A stretch of 60,755 nt of DNA from contig JACWAJ010000065.1 in the NCBI GenBank assembly GCA_014874355.1, positions 1 through 60,755 of the forward strand. Direction: 5' to 3'. This document shows, in pieces, positions 9,595-19,299 of the stretch. Below the pieces are notes generated by a model. That model was given only the letters and a program-made list of their open reading frames with translations, ran no database searches and was not told the origin of the DNA. Numbering within the stretch: the stretch's first letter is position 1; every line of letters begins with the position of its first letter. Both the position numbers and the translations under genes were made by a program. The stretch is from a bacterium (GTDB lineage: Bacteria; Chloroflexota; Dormibacteria; Aeolococcales; Aeolococcaceae).

Positions 9595-10224
9595 ATGCGG
9601 CACTTTGACCTTTGCGGCATGGACGAGGTCGGCCGGGGCGCCTTTGCGGGGCCGCTTACGGCCGCTGCAGTGGTGCTGCCGCCGCAGTTTCGGCACCCTC
9701 TCTTGCGCGACAGCAAGCAGCTAACTCCGGCGCAGCGAGAGGCCGTGGAGCCAGTGATTCGAGAGGTCGCCCGCGCTTGCGCGGTGGTCGAGATCAGCGC
9801 TGCCGACATCAACTTGCGCGGTATGGGTTGGGCCAATGTCGAGGTCTTCCGCCGGCTTACCGACATGGTCGTCGCCGACGGCTACTGTTGCGACGGCAAT
9901 CTCCGCATTGCCGCCAGCCGTCCGGTGCACTGCCTTCCCAAAGGGGATTCGCTCGTGCCGGCAATCGCGGCGGCGTCGATCATCGCCAAGGTTCATCGCG
10001 ATGCCGTCATGTGCCACCTCCACAACGCCGTTCCCGACTACGGGTGGGCGCGCAACAAGGGCTACGGCGTGCCGGAGCACCGCGAAGCGATCCGTCGCAT
10101 CGGGGCCCATGCGGAGCATCGCCGGGCCTTCATCGCCTCGACGCTGCAGGGCGAGTTCGATCTGCGTGTCGAGGCGCAAGCGAATCTTCACACCCAGATC
10201 GGGTGTATGGTCGCCTCCGCATGA
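9595..10224 (+). CDS. rnhB: Ribonuclease HII
   Basis: GMDEVGRG..AGP, DSKQL, DG, KGD, IAAASIIAKVHRD, NKGY. Confidence 0.93.
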   Translation: MRHFDLCGMDEVGRGAFAGPLTAAAVVLPPQFRHPLLRDSKQLTPAQREAVEPVIREVARACAVVEISAADINLRGMGWANVEVFRRLTDMVVADGYCCDGNLRIAASRPVHCLPKGDSLVPAIAAASIIAKVHRDAVMCHLHNAVPDYGWARNKGYGVPEHREAIRRIGAHAEHRRAFIASTLQGEFDLRVEAQANLHTQIGCMVASA

Positions 10225-11273
10225 AGTCCGACGTCAAAGTCACCGCTCCCCTACAACGCCAGGCGTGGATTGATCGGGTGACGCCGCCGGTGGAGCGGCT
10301 GCGACCGGGCCTGTGGTCGATCCCGGTGCCGATTCCCAACAATCCGGTGCGTTACGTCCTGGTCTACGCTTTCGAAAGCGATGCCGGGGTGACGATTGTC
10401 GACGCCGGCTGGGACACTGAGAGCGCATGGCAAGCGCTGACAGAGGGACTTGCCACTGCGGGCTTTGCCGTCGGCGATGTTCGAGGAGTGCTCGTCACCC
10501 ACCTTCATCCCGATCACTACGGTCTTGCGGGTCGAGTTCGGGAGGCGAGCGGTGCTTGGGTGGCATTGCATTCCGCCGACGCCGAACTCATTCCGGGTCG
10601 CTATGGCGCCGGAATGGACGACGTGATTGGCTCTATGCGAGCGCTAATGAGCGACCATGGCGTTCCCGACTCCATGGTGCGGGAGTTGAGCAATGCCTCC
10701 CTTGGCATCCGCAGCTACGTTGACGCAGTCGGGCCCGACATCCTCCTCGAAGATGGTGCGCATGCAGACGTGCCGGGCTGGGACATCGTGGTAGTGCATA
10801 CGCCGGGTCACTCGCCCGGACACGTGTGCTTCTACGACCGGGATCACCGACTGCTGCTGAGCGGTGACCATGTCTTGCCTCGAATCACGCCCAGCATCAC
10901 GTTCCACACGCAGCAGGTGGCCAACCCGCTGGCCGATTTTCTCGACGCCTTGGCGCGGGTAAGGGACCTTGATGTCGATGACGTTCTGCCGGCACACCAA
11001 TGGCGTTTCGCTCCGTTGCGGGAGCGTGTCGACGAACTTGTGGCCCATCACCACGTGCGCCTCGACAAGACGGTGCGCATTGTTCGCGGGCATCCGGGAG
11101 CGACATGCTGGGAGGTGACGCTGCAGATGTCGTGGTCGCGCCCGTGGATTGAACTCTCGGAATTCATGCGTCGCACTGCTGTGGGGGAGACGCTGGCACA
11201 TCTGGTGCTGCTGGAGAGCCGGGGGGGTGTACGCCGAATCGGTGCCGCACCGGTTCGTTGGGAAGTGGTCTAG
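10221..11273 (+). CDS. MBL-fold metallo-hydrolase with C-terminal winged helix
   Basis: THLHPDHYG, TPGHSPGH, SGDH, LPAH; ATGA overlap with rnhB. Confidence 0.9.
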   Translation: MKSDVKVTAPLQRQAWIDRVTPPVERLRPGLWSIPVPIPNNPVRYVLVYAFESDAGVTIVDAGWDTESAWQALTEGLATAGFAVGDVRGVLVTHLHPDHYGLAGRVREASGAWVALHSADAELIPGRYGAGMDDVIGSMRALMSDHGVPDSMVRELSNASLGIRSYVDAVGPDILLEDGAHADVPGWDIVVVHTPGHSPGHVCFYDRDHRLLLSGDHVLPRITPSITFHTQQVANPLADFLDALARVRDLDVDDVLPAHQWRFAPLRERVDELVAHHHVRLDKTVRIVRGHPGATCWEVTLQMSWSRPWIELSEFMRRTAVGETLAHLVLLESRGGVRRIGAAPVRWEVV

Positions 11274-11284
11274 CGTGCCCTGCA

Positions 11285-11794
11285 ATGCCTGTAGAGATCC
11301 GCTGGACCGACCCCATTGCCGACCGCGACGCTCGGGTGGACATTGTTCGGTGTGCCTGGCATGCCGCCTACACGGAGATCTTCAGTACCGCTGAAATCGA
11401 TGCTGCTTTCGACGGTGACATCACCATGGGCGGCGACTGGACGGCGCGGCGGACCGCCGCGGCCGGCACGTTGGTCGCGCAGGCGGACGGGGTTGTCATC
11501 GGGCTGGTCAGCCTCGGCATCCTCGAGTCGGGCATCGGTGAGATAGCCGCCCTGTACTTGCGCCCCGAGTGGCAGGGTCGGGGCGCCGGTCAACAACTCT
11601 GGGACGCCGGCTTGGCGGTGCTTGAACACCGTGGCCTTACGCATCTCGAAGTGTGGACCCTGGCCGGTGCCCTGGCGCGCGGGTTCTACGAGCACCAGGG
11701 TTGCGTCCAGATCGGCGAGGCAGTGGTGTGGCTTGGAACTCACTCGGTTCCTGCAGTCGGCTATGGCCGGGACTTGCGGCCAGAACCGGTCTAG
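11285..11794 (+). CDS. GNAT family N-acetyltransferase
   Basis: LYLRPEWQGRGAG, ARGFYE..G. Confidence 0.85.
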   Translation: MPVEIRWTDPIADRDARVDIVRCAWHAAYTEIFSTAEIDAAFDGDITMGGDWTARRTAAAGTLVAQADGVVIGLVSLGILESGIGEIAALYLRPEWQGRGAGQQLWDAGLAVLEHRGLTHLEVWTLAGALARGFYEHQGCVQIGEAVVWLGTHSVPAVGYGRDLRPEPV

Positions 11795-11906
11795 ACGCTG
11801 AGCACCTCCCACCACCCGGGGTGGCCGCGAAACGACTATCGTCACAGGCAGATCGCTTTTCGCATAAGAGGCAAGAGCACGTGGCAGATAGGTTGAGGAA
11901 CTAAGC

Positions 11907-12941
11907 GTGGCGAAGTTGACGTGCGCTTTGGGGCCAGACAATGCGGGCGCGATGCTGCTTGCGGCGTTGCGTGGTGCTGAGAAAAGCGTCGAGGCATCCG
12001 TTTATGAGATAGGTGACGCCTACGTCTGGGCGTTTGTGGAGGCGGCCCGGCGTGGGGTCGTGGTGCGTATGGTGGTCGATCCGCGCAGTGATCCGGAGAT
12101 GCGAAACCGGGCTATGACACTTGGCCGTGCCGGTGTCGACTGCCGGCTGCTGGCGCAGCCCGATTCCCTTGCCCATGCCAAGGTCGTGGTTGTCGATGAC
12201 ACGCGTTGTGCGGTCGGCACGGGGAATCTCAACGGCCGCAATGCACCTTTCCATCAGGAGAAGGGGGTGCCATTGGCGGGTACACGCGAATGGTGGGTCA
12301 TGCTTGACGATGTGCCGACGTTGACCCGCCTGGCGCGGGCTCACGTATTGCGCAACTGGCGTGCCGGAGCGCCGGCGCTCGGTCTGGCGGGAAGCGCTGC
12401 CCTGGCCGCTGCTCCACCGATTCATCCCGTCAAGCCCGAGTATCCCATCCTGGAGATTGAGCTGGCGCCTCGCCGTCTGCGCCTGGCCAGCGGGGGGGCC
12501 GGTGTACGCGCGCTGGAGGAGGAACTGCTCGTTGGCACGCGTCATCGCGCGCTGGTGACAGTTCCCTACGTCGATGTTGCCGCGCCGGCGGTGGCAGCGC
12601 TCATTGGGGCGCTGACGGCGCATGCGCGTCGTGGTTCCGACGTTCGCCTGCTTCTCGGCCGACCACCGCTTTCCAAGTCGGATCTCGTCATGTTGCGCCA
12701 CATCGATGTGCCGATTCGAGTCATGGATTCGGAGCAGGTGGCGACCATCACCACCGGACACGCCAAGGGCATCGTCTGCGACGAGAGTGCCGTCGTCGGC
12801 TCGGCCAACTGGAGTGAAACCGGCCTTTCGAGTAACGATGAAGCGGCGATCGCCATCTCGCATCCTGATGCTGCCGGCTACTACGCTGCCGCCTTCGAAC
12901 GCGACTGGGCGCCGGCTACACCAATGATCGATCGGTGGTAG
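11907..12941 (+). CDS. Phospholipase D superfamily protein with two HKD motifs
   Basis: HAKVVVVD..GTGN and HAKGIVCD..GSANW; GAGGA RBS. Confidence 0.85.
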   Translation: MAKLTCALGPDNAGAMLLAALRGAEKSVEASVYEIGDAYVWAFVEAARRGVVVRMVVDPRSDPEMRNRAMTLGRAGVDCRLLAQPDSLAHAKVVVVDDTRCAVGTGNLNGRNAPFHQEKGVPLAGTREWWVMLDDVPTLTRLARAHVLRNWRAGAPALGLAGSAALAAAPPIHPVKPEYPILEIELAPRRLRLASGGAGVRALEEELLVGTRHRALVTVPYVDVAAPAVAALIGALTAHARRGSDVRLLLGRPPLSKSDLVMLRHIDVPIRVMDSEQVATITTGHAKGIVCDESAVVGSANWSETGLSSNDEAAIAISHPDAAGYYAAAFERDWAPATPMIDRW

Positions 12942-12993
12942 TGCCAGGCTAATCTGCTTGGTCATGCGGTGGTCCGGGTATGCTCACTGAACC

Positions 12994-15540
12994 ATGGATG
13001 AGCCTGAGCCAATAGACGATGTCCGTCTGGACGAAACCGAGACTCCGGGCGAGGTCGCCGCCGAGCAGCCCGACTTCGAAACGCTCCCGCTGGTGCCGCT
13101 TCGCGACAACGTCGTGGTGCCGCTGCAGATGGCGCCGCTTGCGGCTGGACGCCCCCGTTCGGTGGCGGCGCTGGAAGAGGCGGTCGCGGGTGACGGCCGG
13201 GTGGTTCTGGCGGTACAACGGGATGCTTCGGTCGATGATGTCGAGCTGGACGATCTCTGGCCCGTGGCCGTCGTGTCCACGGTGGGGGCGTTTAGGCGCT
13301 TGCCGGTCTCTGGCGTTCAGGCGCTTGTCGAGGGACAGGGTCGGGTTCGCATCCGCCGCCTGATTGCAGGCGAGGCCTGGCGTGCCGAGGTCGAGATCGT
13401 CGGCGTCGACCTGCCGGTCGGTGCCGAGGCCGAGGCGCTGGCCAGTTCGGTGCGGACTCTGTTTGGGGACTATGTGGGTGCGGGCGGACCGGTCTTGCCG
13501 GATGTGGCTGTAGCCATGGCTCGTTCCACAACGCCTTCCTCAATATCTGACCTCGCCTCTGCGGCGCCGGACCTCAGTCCCGATGAACGCGTTGCGCTGC
13601 TCCAGGAAACCGACATCCTGGCGCGCCTCCGTCTACTGGTGCGCCAGCTCGCGAGGCTTGTCGAGGTGGCGCAACTCCGCACCAAGATCCAAGAAGACGT
13701 GCAGCGCACCATGAACAAGGGGCAGCGCGAGCACATCTTGCGCGAGCAGTTGCGGGTCACGCGCAGAGAGCTTGCCGACCTCGAAGGCGGTGACGATGAC
13801 GATGTCGATCTGGGTGGTCGTATCGAGAAAATGGCCATTCCCGAGGCAGTCAAGAAACGACTGCTGAAAGAAGCGGCGCGTCTCGAACAGATCCCATCGG
13901 CGTCGCCGGAGATGGGGATGGTGCGGACCTGGATCGACTGGATTCTGGACCTGCCCTGGGGAGACCCTGCGCCGGAGAACCTCGACATCGAGCACGCCAG
14001 AAGCATCCTCGACGAGGACCACTACGGTCTGCCCAAGGTGAAGGACCGCATTCTCGAATGGCTGGCGGTGCGGCAACGTACGCGTGAGCGCTTCGAGCGT
14101 CAGCGTGCGCAGGTTGAGGCTGCTGCGGAGGGCGATGGCGAACCGGATAAGGCCGTGGTGCCGCCGCGTCCGGTCGTTGTCTTGCAGACGCCAATCCTCT
14201 GTTTGGTGGGGCCACCAGGTGTCGGCAAGACATCGCTGGGGAAGAGTGTCGCGCGTGCACTGGACCGTAAGTTCGTGCGCATGTCACTGGGCGGCATTCG
14301 TGACGAGGCCGAGATTCGCGGTCACCGGCGTACCTATATCGGCGCGCTACCCGGTCGAATCATTCAGTCGATGCGGCAGGCAGGAACTCGCAATCCCGTC
14401 ATCATGCTCGATGAAATTGACAAGGTTGGCACGGACTTCCGGGGTGATCCTTCGGCCGCGCTGCTCGAAGTTCTCGACCCCGAACAAAACTTCGGATTCA
14501 GCGACCATTACATCGAGGTCCCGTACGACCTCTCCGAAGTGCTCTTCGTCACCACTGCCAACGTTGCCGAGACCATCAGCCCGCCGCTTCGCGATCGTAT
14601 GGAGGTGATCCGCATCAACGGGTACACCGATGCGGAAAAACTCGGCATTGCCACACAGCACTTGGTGCCGCGCCAGCTCGATCAGCACGGTCTCGAAGCC
14701 GCCGAGTTGAACATTACCGACGACGCTTTACGCGCCTGCCTGCACGGGTACACCCGCGAAGCCGGGGTGCGCCAACTCAACCGCACCATTGCCGAGATCG
14801 CGCGCAAGGTGCCGCGCAAGCTGGCGCTGGGGACGCCACCGCCGGTGGTTGTCACCGCCCTGGATCTGGTTGAGTACCTGGGACCGCAGCGCTTCGAGAG
14901 TGGCGAGGCGCATGTCGTTGACGAAATCGGCACCGTCACCGGTGTTGTCGTGAGTGAGGTGGGCGGGGACGTGATCACGGTGGAAGCGCTGGCCATTGAG
15001 GGGCGCAACGACCTGGTGCTCACCGGCCAGATTGGCAACGTCATGGAGGAGTCGGCGCAGGCGGCGCTCTCCTGGGCCAAGGTCCATGCGGGTCGCTACG
15101 GTGCACCGCGCAGTTTCTTCGACACCCATGGCGTCCACATCCACGTTCCGGCCGGCGCCATTCCCAAAGATGGTCCATCGGCGGGGATCACGCTGGCGAC
15201 GGCATTGGTCAGTGTGGCCAGCTCACGTGCGGTGCGTCGCGACGTTGCCATGACGGGTGAGGTGACGTTGCGGGGCAACGTCCTGCCGATTGGAGGGCTG
15301 AAGGACAAGCTGCTGGCGGCACATCGTGCGGGGATTGCCACCTTCATCTTGCCGCGGAAGAATGTTCGCGATCTTCACGAGGTGGACAAGGAAATCCTCG
15401 ATGCCATCGAGATTGTTGCGGTGGACACCGTGAACGAAGTTCTCGATGTGGCACTGGTGCCGGCTGAGACCAATCGGACGCAACGCCGTGTCGGCTTCAT
15501 GCTGCCGCTTCCTCCCGAACCTCCGGCAACCTTGCACTAA
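12994..15540 (+). CDS. lon: ATP-dependent Lon protease
   Basis: DHYGL..VK.RILE, GPPGVGKTS, RGHRRTYIGALPG, PKDGPSAG, IGGLKDK. Confidence 0.97.
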   Translation: MDEPEPIDDVRLDETETPGEVAAEQPDFETLPLVPLRDNVVVPLQMAPLAAGRPRSVAALEEAVAGDGRVVLAVQRDASVDDVELDDLWPVAVVSTVGAFRRLPVSGVQALVEGQGRVRIRRLIAGEAWRAEVEIVGVDLPVGAEAEALASSVRTLFGDYVGAGGPVLPDVAVAMARSTTPSSISDLASAAPDLSPDERVALLQETDILARLRLLVRQLARLVEVAQLRTKIQEDVQRTMNKGQREHILREQLRVTRRELADLEGGDDDDVDLGGRIEKMAIPEAVKKRLLKEAARLEQIPSASPEMGMVRTWIDWILDLPWGDPAPENLDIEHARSILDEDHYGLPKVKDRILEWLAVRQRTRERFERQRAQVEAAAEGDGEPDKAVVPPRPVVVLQTPILCLVGPPGVGKTSLGKSVARALDRKFVRMSLGGIRDEAEIRGHRRTYIGALPGRIIQSMRQAGTRNPVIMLDEIDKVGTDFRGDPSAALLEVLDPEQNFGFSDHYIEVPYDLSEVLFVTTANVAETISPPLRDRMEVIRINGYTDAEKLGIATQHLVPRQLDQHGLEAAELNITDDALRACLHGYTREAGVRQLNRTIAEIARKVPRKLALGTPPPVVVTALDLVEYLGPQRFESGEAHVVDEIGTVTGVVVSEVGGDVITVEALAIEGRNDLVLTGQIGNVMEESAQAALSWAKVHAGRYGAPRSFFDTHGVHIHVPAGAIPKDGPSAGITLATALVSVASSRAVRRDVAMTGEVTLRGNVLPIGGLKDKLLAAHRAGIATFILPRKNVRDLHEVDKEILDAIEIVAVDTVNEVLDVALVPAETNRTQRRVGFMLPLPPEPPATLH

Positions 15541-15554
15541 GAAGCTCCGCCAGT

Positions 15555-16220
15555 ATGCCAGAGAATATTTCCGATCTCGTGCAACTGTCGATAGTGGTCG
15601 ACCCGCTTTGGGGCCAGAACTGCTATGTGTTGCTGCGTCGCGACACCCACGCGGTTCTCGTGATTGATCCGGGCTTGCAACACGGCGATGTCATCCGTCT
15701 CCTCGATGATCAAAGCCTCACGTGTTCGCGTGTTCTCATCACCCACGGGCACCCCGATCACGTGAGTGGGGTGCCGGCTTTGCTTCAGGCACAGTCTTGC
15801 TCTGCTGCCATTCATCCCGCCGATCGTCCGTTACTTGACTTGGTTCGCATGTTTCCCGGTGTGGCGCCCGATAGTCCTCCTGTCGTCTGCGAGGAGGACT
15901 TGACTCCAGGTGAGCGGATCGAGTGGCAGGGGCTCTCTGTCGACGTTCTGCATACGCCAGGGCACACGCCGGGTTCGGTCTGCTTCCTGATTCACGGTGA
16001 CACCGAGGGGGGGCGGCTACTGTCGGGGGACACGCTTTTTAGACGGAGTGTCGGTCGCACCGACCTTCCCGGGGGATCGTGGCCAACGCTTGCGTTCTCC
16101 ATCGAGAAGACGCTGTACACGCTGCCACCTGACACCGTTGTCTATCCCGGTCATGGTGCGCCCACGAGCGTTGGCGAAGAGATGCTTGAGAATCCTTTCA
16201 TCGCGCTCTCGAACCGCTGA
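15555..16220 (+). CDS. MBL-fold hydrolase (glyoxalase II/YcbL-like)
   Basis: NCY, THGHPDH, TPGHTPG, GDTLF..SVGRTDLPGG, PGHG, ENPF. Confidence 0.9.
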   Translation: MPENISDLVQLSIVVDPLWGQNCYVLLRRDTHAVLVIDPGLQHGDVIRLLDDQSLTCSRVLITHGHPDHVSGVPALLQAQSCSAAIHPADRPLLDLVRMFPGVAPDSPPVVCEEDLTPGERIEWQGLSVDVLHTPGHTPGSVCFLIHGDTEGGRLLSGDTLFRRSVGRTDLPGGSWPTLAFSIEKTLYTLPPDTVVYPGHGAPTSVGEEMLENPFIALSNR

Positions 16221-16233
16221 TCGATCCACTCTT

Positions 16234-16809
16234 CTAGTCGGTGCGGCCGAGGCGACCGAGTAGTTCGTGGAGGACTGCGCCGGTCACGCCCCATATGACC
16301 CGGTCGCCGGCGGTGTAAAAGTGGACGTCGTGGTCTTGGCCCTTGTGGTTGAGGCGGCGCGTTTCATGGGTTGCGGTCATCAGGTCGGCAAGGCCGATGC
16401 GAAACGATCCGGCCACTTCCACCGGGTCGATGCGAACTTCCCATTGCTTGCGCGGCAAACCGACGATCGGCGTCAGCCAGGCGTCGGACACCGCGGTGAC
16501 CATGGGGGTCAGCGCGCCTAGTATCTCGACATTGTCCGGGTCGAGTCCCACCTCCTCCTGCGCTTCGCGTAGCGCGGTGGCGGTGGGGGTGGCGTCCCCC
16601 GGCTCGAAGCGTCCTCCGGGGAAGGCGATCTGTCCGGGATGGTGGCGCATGTTGGCCGCCCGTCGCACAAAGAGCAGCGGCAGCGATGGATGGCCGGGGT
16701 CGACGAGAAGCAGGACCGCCGCCGGGCGTTGGCTCACGTCTGGTGAAGGAATCGGGATCTGAGGAGACACGGAACTGCGCAGACGGCCGAGTAGGGGGGT
16801 GGCAAACAT
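16234..16809 (-). CDS. Nudix CoA pyrophosphatase
   Basis: AAVL, HPGQIAFPGG, ALREAQEEVGL, IWGVT. Confidence 0.9.
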   Translation of the reverse strand: MFATPLLGRLRSSVSPQIPIPSPDVSQRPAAVLLLVDPGHPSLPLLFVRRAANMRHHPGQIAFPGGRFEPGDATPTATALREAQEEVGLDPDNVEILGALTPMVTAVSDAWLTPIVGLPRKQWEVRIDPVEVAGSFRIGLADLMTATHETRRLNHKGQDHDVHFYTAGDRVIWGVTGAVLHELLGRLGRTD

Positions 16810-16900
16810 CTCTTATCCAGAGACTACCGCGGCGGCGAATCTTTCACGAACCTGTACGGTCTCACCTGAATTTGCGGACGGATCGTTGGTGGAGGTAGGT

Positions 16901-17326
16901 ATGACCCAGTCGAGACCTAGCGTCATCGTCTACACCGATGGCGCCTGCTCGGGAAATCCGGGCAAGGGTGCCTGGGCCTATCGCCTGGAGTGGCCCGACG
17001 GCAAAGTCGACGAGGTGGCCGGGGCCAGCGCACAGACCACCAACAATCGCGAAGAACTCAAGGCGGTGCGTGAGGCGCTGAAGGCGGTACATGGGCGCAT
17101 TGGTGCCGGCGATTGGAAGATCGTGATTCGCACCGACTCGCTTGGAGTGATCAACTGGCTAACCCGCCGTTGGAAGCGCAACAAGAATCTCGACCTCTTC
17201 TCCGAACTCGATTCCTTAGTCGACGCCCGGGTTGTTTTCGAACACGTGCGCGGCCACAGCGGCAACGCCGGCAACGAGCGGGTCGACAGCCTGGCTGTGG
17301 CGGCGACACTCGCTTTGCGAAGCTGA
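16901..17326 (+). CDS. rnhA: Ribonuclease HI
   Basis: YTDGACSGNPG, TTNNREEL, TDS, HVRGHSG..GNERVD; GGAGG RBS. Confidence 0.95.
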   Translation: MTQSRPSVIVYTDGACSGNPGKGAWAYRLEWPDGKVDEVAGASAQTTNNREELKAVREALKAVHGRIGAGDWKIVIRTDSLGVINWLTRRWKRNKNLDLFSELDSLVDARVVFEHVRGHSGNAGNERVDSLAVAATLALRS

Positions 17327-17377
17327 ACAGGGCGTGACCGGTAGAGGTCCAGTCGCCGCCGGGGATGGAAAAGGAGT

Positions 17378-17760
17378 GCAAGTTGGCCTGTAAGCCGGGT
17401 TCTGTCCTCACCGCCTAGGCGGTGAGGGACGGCCATCCATCTAGGACGTCGATTGCCCGACGCCTCGTGCGGTCTGACCCGGGGATGGGACGAGCCGCCC
17501 TGGACACCGAAGTGTCCGCTCCCCTGTTCGACCTTGCTCCGGGCGGGGTTTGCCTGGCCGGCCGGTCACCCGGCCGCCGGGGGGCTCTTACCCCACCATT
17601 TCACCGTTGCCACAGCAGGGGTTGCCCCGTTGCCATGGCTGTGTAATTTCTGTGGCACTCTCCTTCGGGTCACCCCGACTGGGTGTTACCCAGCGCCCTT
17701 GCTCTTTGGAGCCCGGACTTTCCTCAGGCGTTGCCGCCCGCGACCGTCCAGCCAACTTGC
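17378..17760 (-). ncRNA. rnpB: RNase P RNA (bacterial type A)
   Basis: Minus strand contains GAGGAAAGTCCGGGCTC, AGTGCCACAGAAA, GGTAAGAGC, GGAGCAAG, ACAGAACCCGGCTTA; P1 is GCAAGTTGGC/GCCAACTTGC. Confidence 0.97.
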
Positions 17761-17795
17761 TTTTGCCATGGTAGCCCACTGGTGCAAAACACGTT

Positions 17796-18527
17796 CTAGA
17801 ACGTGTGGTCGGCGAGTTGCAGGGTGAACGTGGTGCTGGCGCCGCGAGTCACCGAACCGGTAATGAATACCGTTGGCGGCGGAGTGTCGAGATGGATAGA
17901 GATCGAGCCTGGTGCAGCAGTCTGGGTGCCGAGAGGATGGCCGTCCGGGTCGGTGACGATCAACTGCACGTCGGTGGGGCTCGACCAGACGAGGGTGGAG
18001 TGAAGTGCCTGGCCGGGCTTGATGCTGACATGCCATGTGCATGCGCCTGGCGACACGGTTCCGTTGGGGCAGACGGTCCCTACGGCGCTGGTCCCGGCGG
18101 CGAGACTGCCTGTCAGCGACACGGGAGCCGCTCCAGACACGAGGTTGATCGTGCCGTCCGGGCTAATTTGGACGCTGGGAGTTGGGGGGGCCTGGCCCCC
18201 CAACGCGAGAGAGTTGCCGGCTGCGGAAGCGGGTCCGGCTGCCGAGGGCCCCCCGCCGCCAAACAGGCGCGAGGTGATCGAGCCAATTGCGTTATGCACG
18301 GCGGGTTGCATGGCCAAGAGCCCACCCGCCGTGGCCAAAAGCAGAAAGGCGGCGCCGACGACGATTGCGTCCATCCATTGCCGTGACGACACCTTGCGGG
18401 CTTTCCTGGTGGCCGCGGAGGGCACGCTCTCATCGAGGAAGCATTCGTACCCGAAGCTGTAGTGGCGTTGGAAGATGGCGCGCTTCAGCCGGTTCGTGGC
18501 ACCTGGCTTTATAACCTCAGTCGACAC
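17796..18527 (-). CDS. Hypothetical membrane-anchored protein with extracellular beta-rich domain
   Basis: Single TM (AIVVGAAFLLLATAGGLLAM), Gly/Pro linker, Thr/Val-rich C-domain with two Cys. Confidence 0.6.
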   Translation of the reverse strand: MSTEVIKPGATNRLKRAIFQRHYSFGYECFLDESVPSAATRKARKVSSRQWMDAIVVGAAFLLLATAGGLLAMQPAVHNAIGSITSRLFGGGGPSAAGPASAAGNSLALGGQAPPTPSVQISPDGTINLVSGAAPVSLTGSLAAGTSAVGTVCPNGTVSPGACTWHVSIKPGQALHSTLVWSSPTDVQLIVTDPDGHPLGTQTAAPGSISIHLDTPPPTVFITGSVTRGASTTFTLQLADHTF

Positions 18528-18703
18528 GCGGTCGTTTTACGAGGCCCCAGTGTGAATAGGGGAACCAGCCCTCCGTCGAGGCTTCTGCCGAGTTCTAGGT
18601 CGTCCATGGGTTCTCCCTTTGCCAGCCTGACATTTAGATACTCGGATGGCGGAAGGGACATACCACGGACAGTGTGAAAAGGCCTCGCGTACATTTGTTC
18701 TGA

Positions 18704-18732
18704 TTGACGTTGTGAACTCAGACTGCTACCCT
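18704..18732 (+). promoter_or_regulatory. dcw (mraZ) promoter
   Basis: TTGACG-N17-TACCCT with extended -10 TG. Confidence 0.7.
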
Positions 18733-18742
18733 TCGCCAACGG

Positions 18743-18767
18743 AGTGGAGGTAAGTGGTGAAAAGTGG
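18743..18767 (+). promoter_or_regulatory. MraZ-binding direct repeats
   Basis: Three AGTGG at 18743, 18753 and 18763 (10-nt period), as in known MraZ boxes. Confidence 0.8.
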
Positions 18768-18825
18768 GGATCAATATGACGGCCCAGTTCTGGTCCGGCA
18801 GCGTGCCGGTACCGGGGGCTGAAGC

Positions 18826-19269
18826 ATGTTCCTCGGTCAGTACCGCCACCAACTCGATAGCAAGGGACGTGTTGCTGTTCCAGCCCAGTTTCGTAAGGGT
18901 CTGGGGCGGGGCAGTGTCATCGCCTTTGGTCCGGAACGCCGTCTTGTGATTTGGCCTACAGAGGAGTGGTTGGAGGTGACACAGCGCTACCGCCGCACCG
19001 GGGCGACCCCGGCCGAGGAGCGCGAGTACATCCGCCAGCTCTACGCCAATGCGCGCGAAGTCGAACTTGACGGCCAGGGCCGCCTCCTGCTCACCTCCGA
19101 CCAGCGAGCTTTCGCGGAGGTCGCAGACCGTGCGGTGTTCATTGGCGGAGGCAACTGCGTCGAGGTTGTGGGGGAGGGCATCTGGGATGCCGAAACCGCC
19201 GCTCTCAGCCCCGAGGCGTTCACCGCGCTACACGATCGTGTCAACCAGTCTCCGGTGACCACGGCATGA
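18826..19269 (+). CDS. mraZ: Transcriptional regulator MraZ
   Basis: MFLGQY...DSKGRVAVP..FR; DGQGRLLL. Confidence 0.95.
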   Translation: MFLGQYRHQLDSKGRVAVPAQFRKGLGRGSVIAFGPERRLVIWPTEEWLEVTQRYRRTGATPAEEREYIRQLYANAREVELDGQGRLLLTSDQRAFAEVADRAVFIGGGNCVEVVGEGIWDAETAALSPEAFTALHDRVNQSPVTTA

Positions 19270-19299
19270 TCCGCTGCCACTTGACTTTTTACCCCTTCC

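Noticed and set aside
9612-10220. 553-aa version of the MBL hydrolase
   Set aside because: The N-terminal 200 aa overlap rnhB in another frame; the real start is ATG 10221
17406-17427. Perfect palindrome CCTCACCGCCTAGGCGGTGAGG
   Set aside because: It is a helix inside the RNase P RNA, not a separate element
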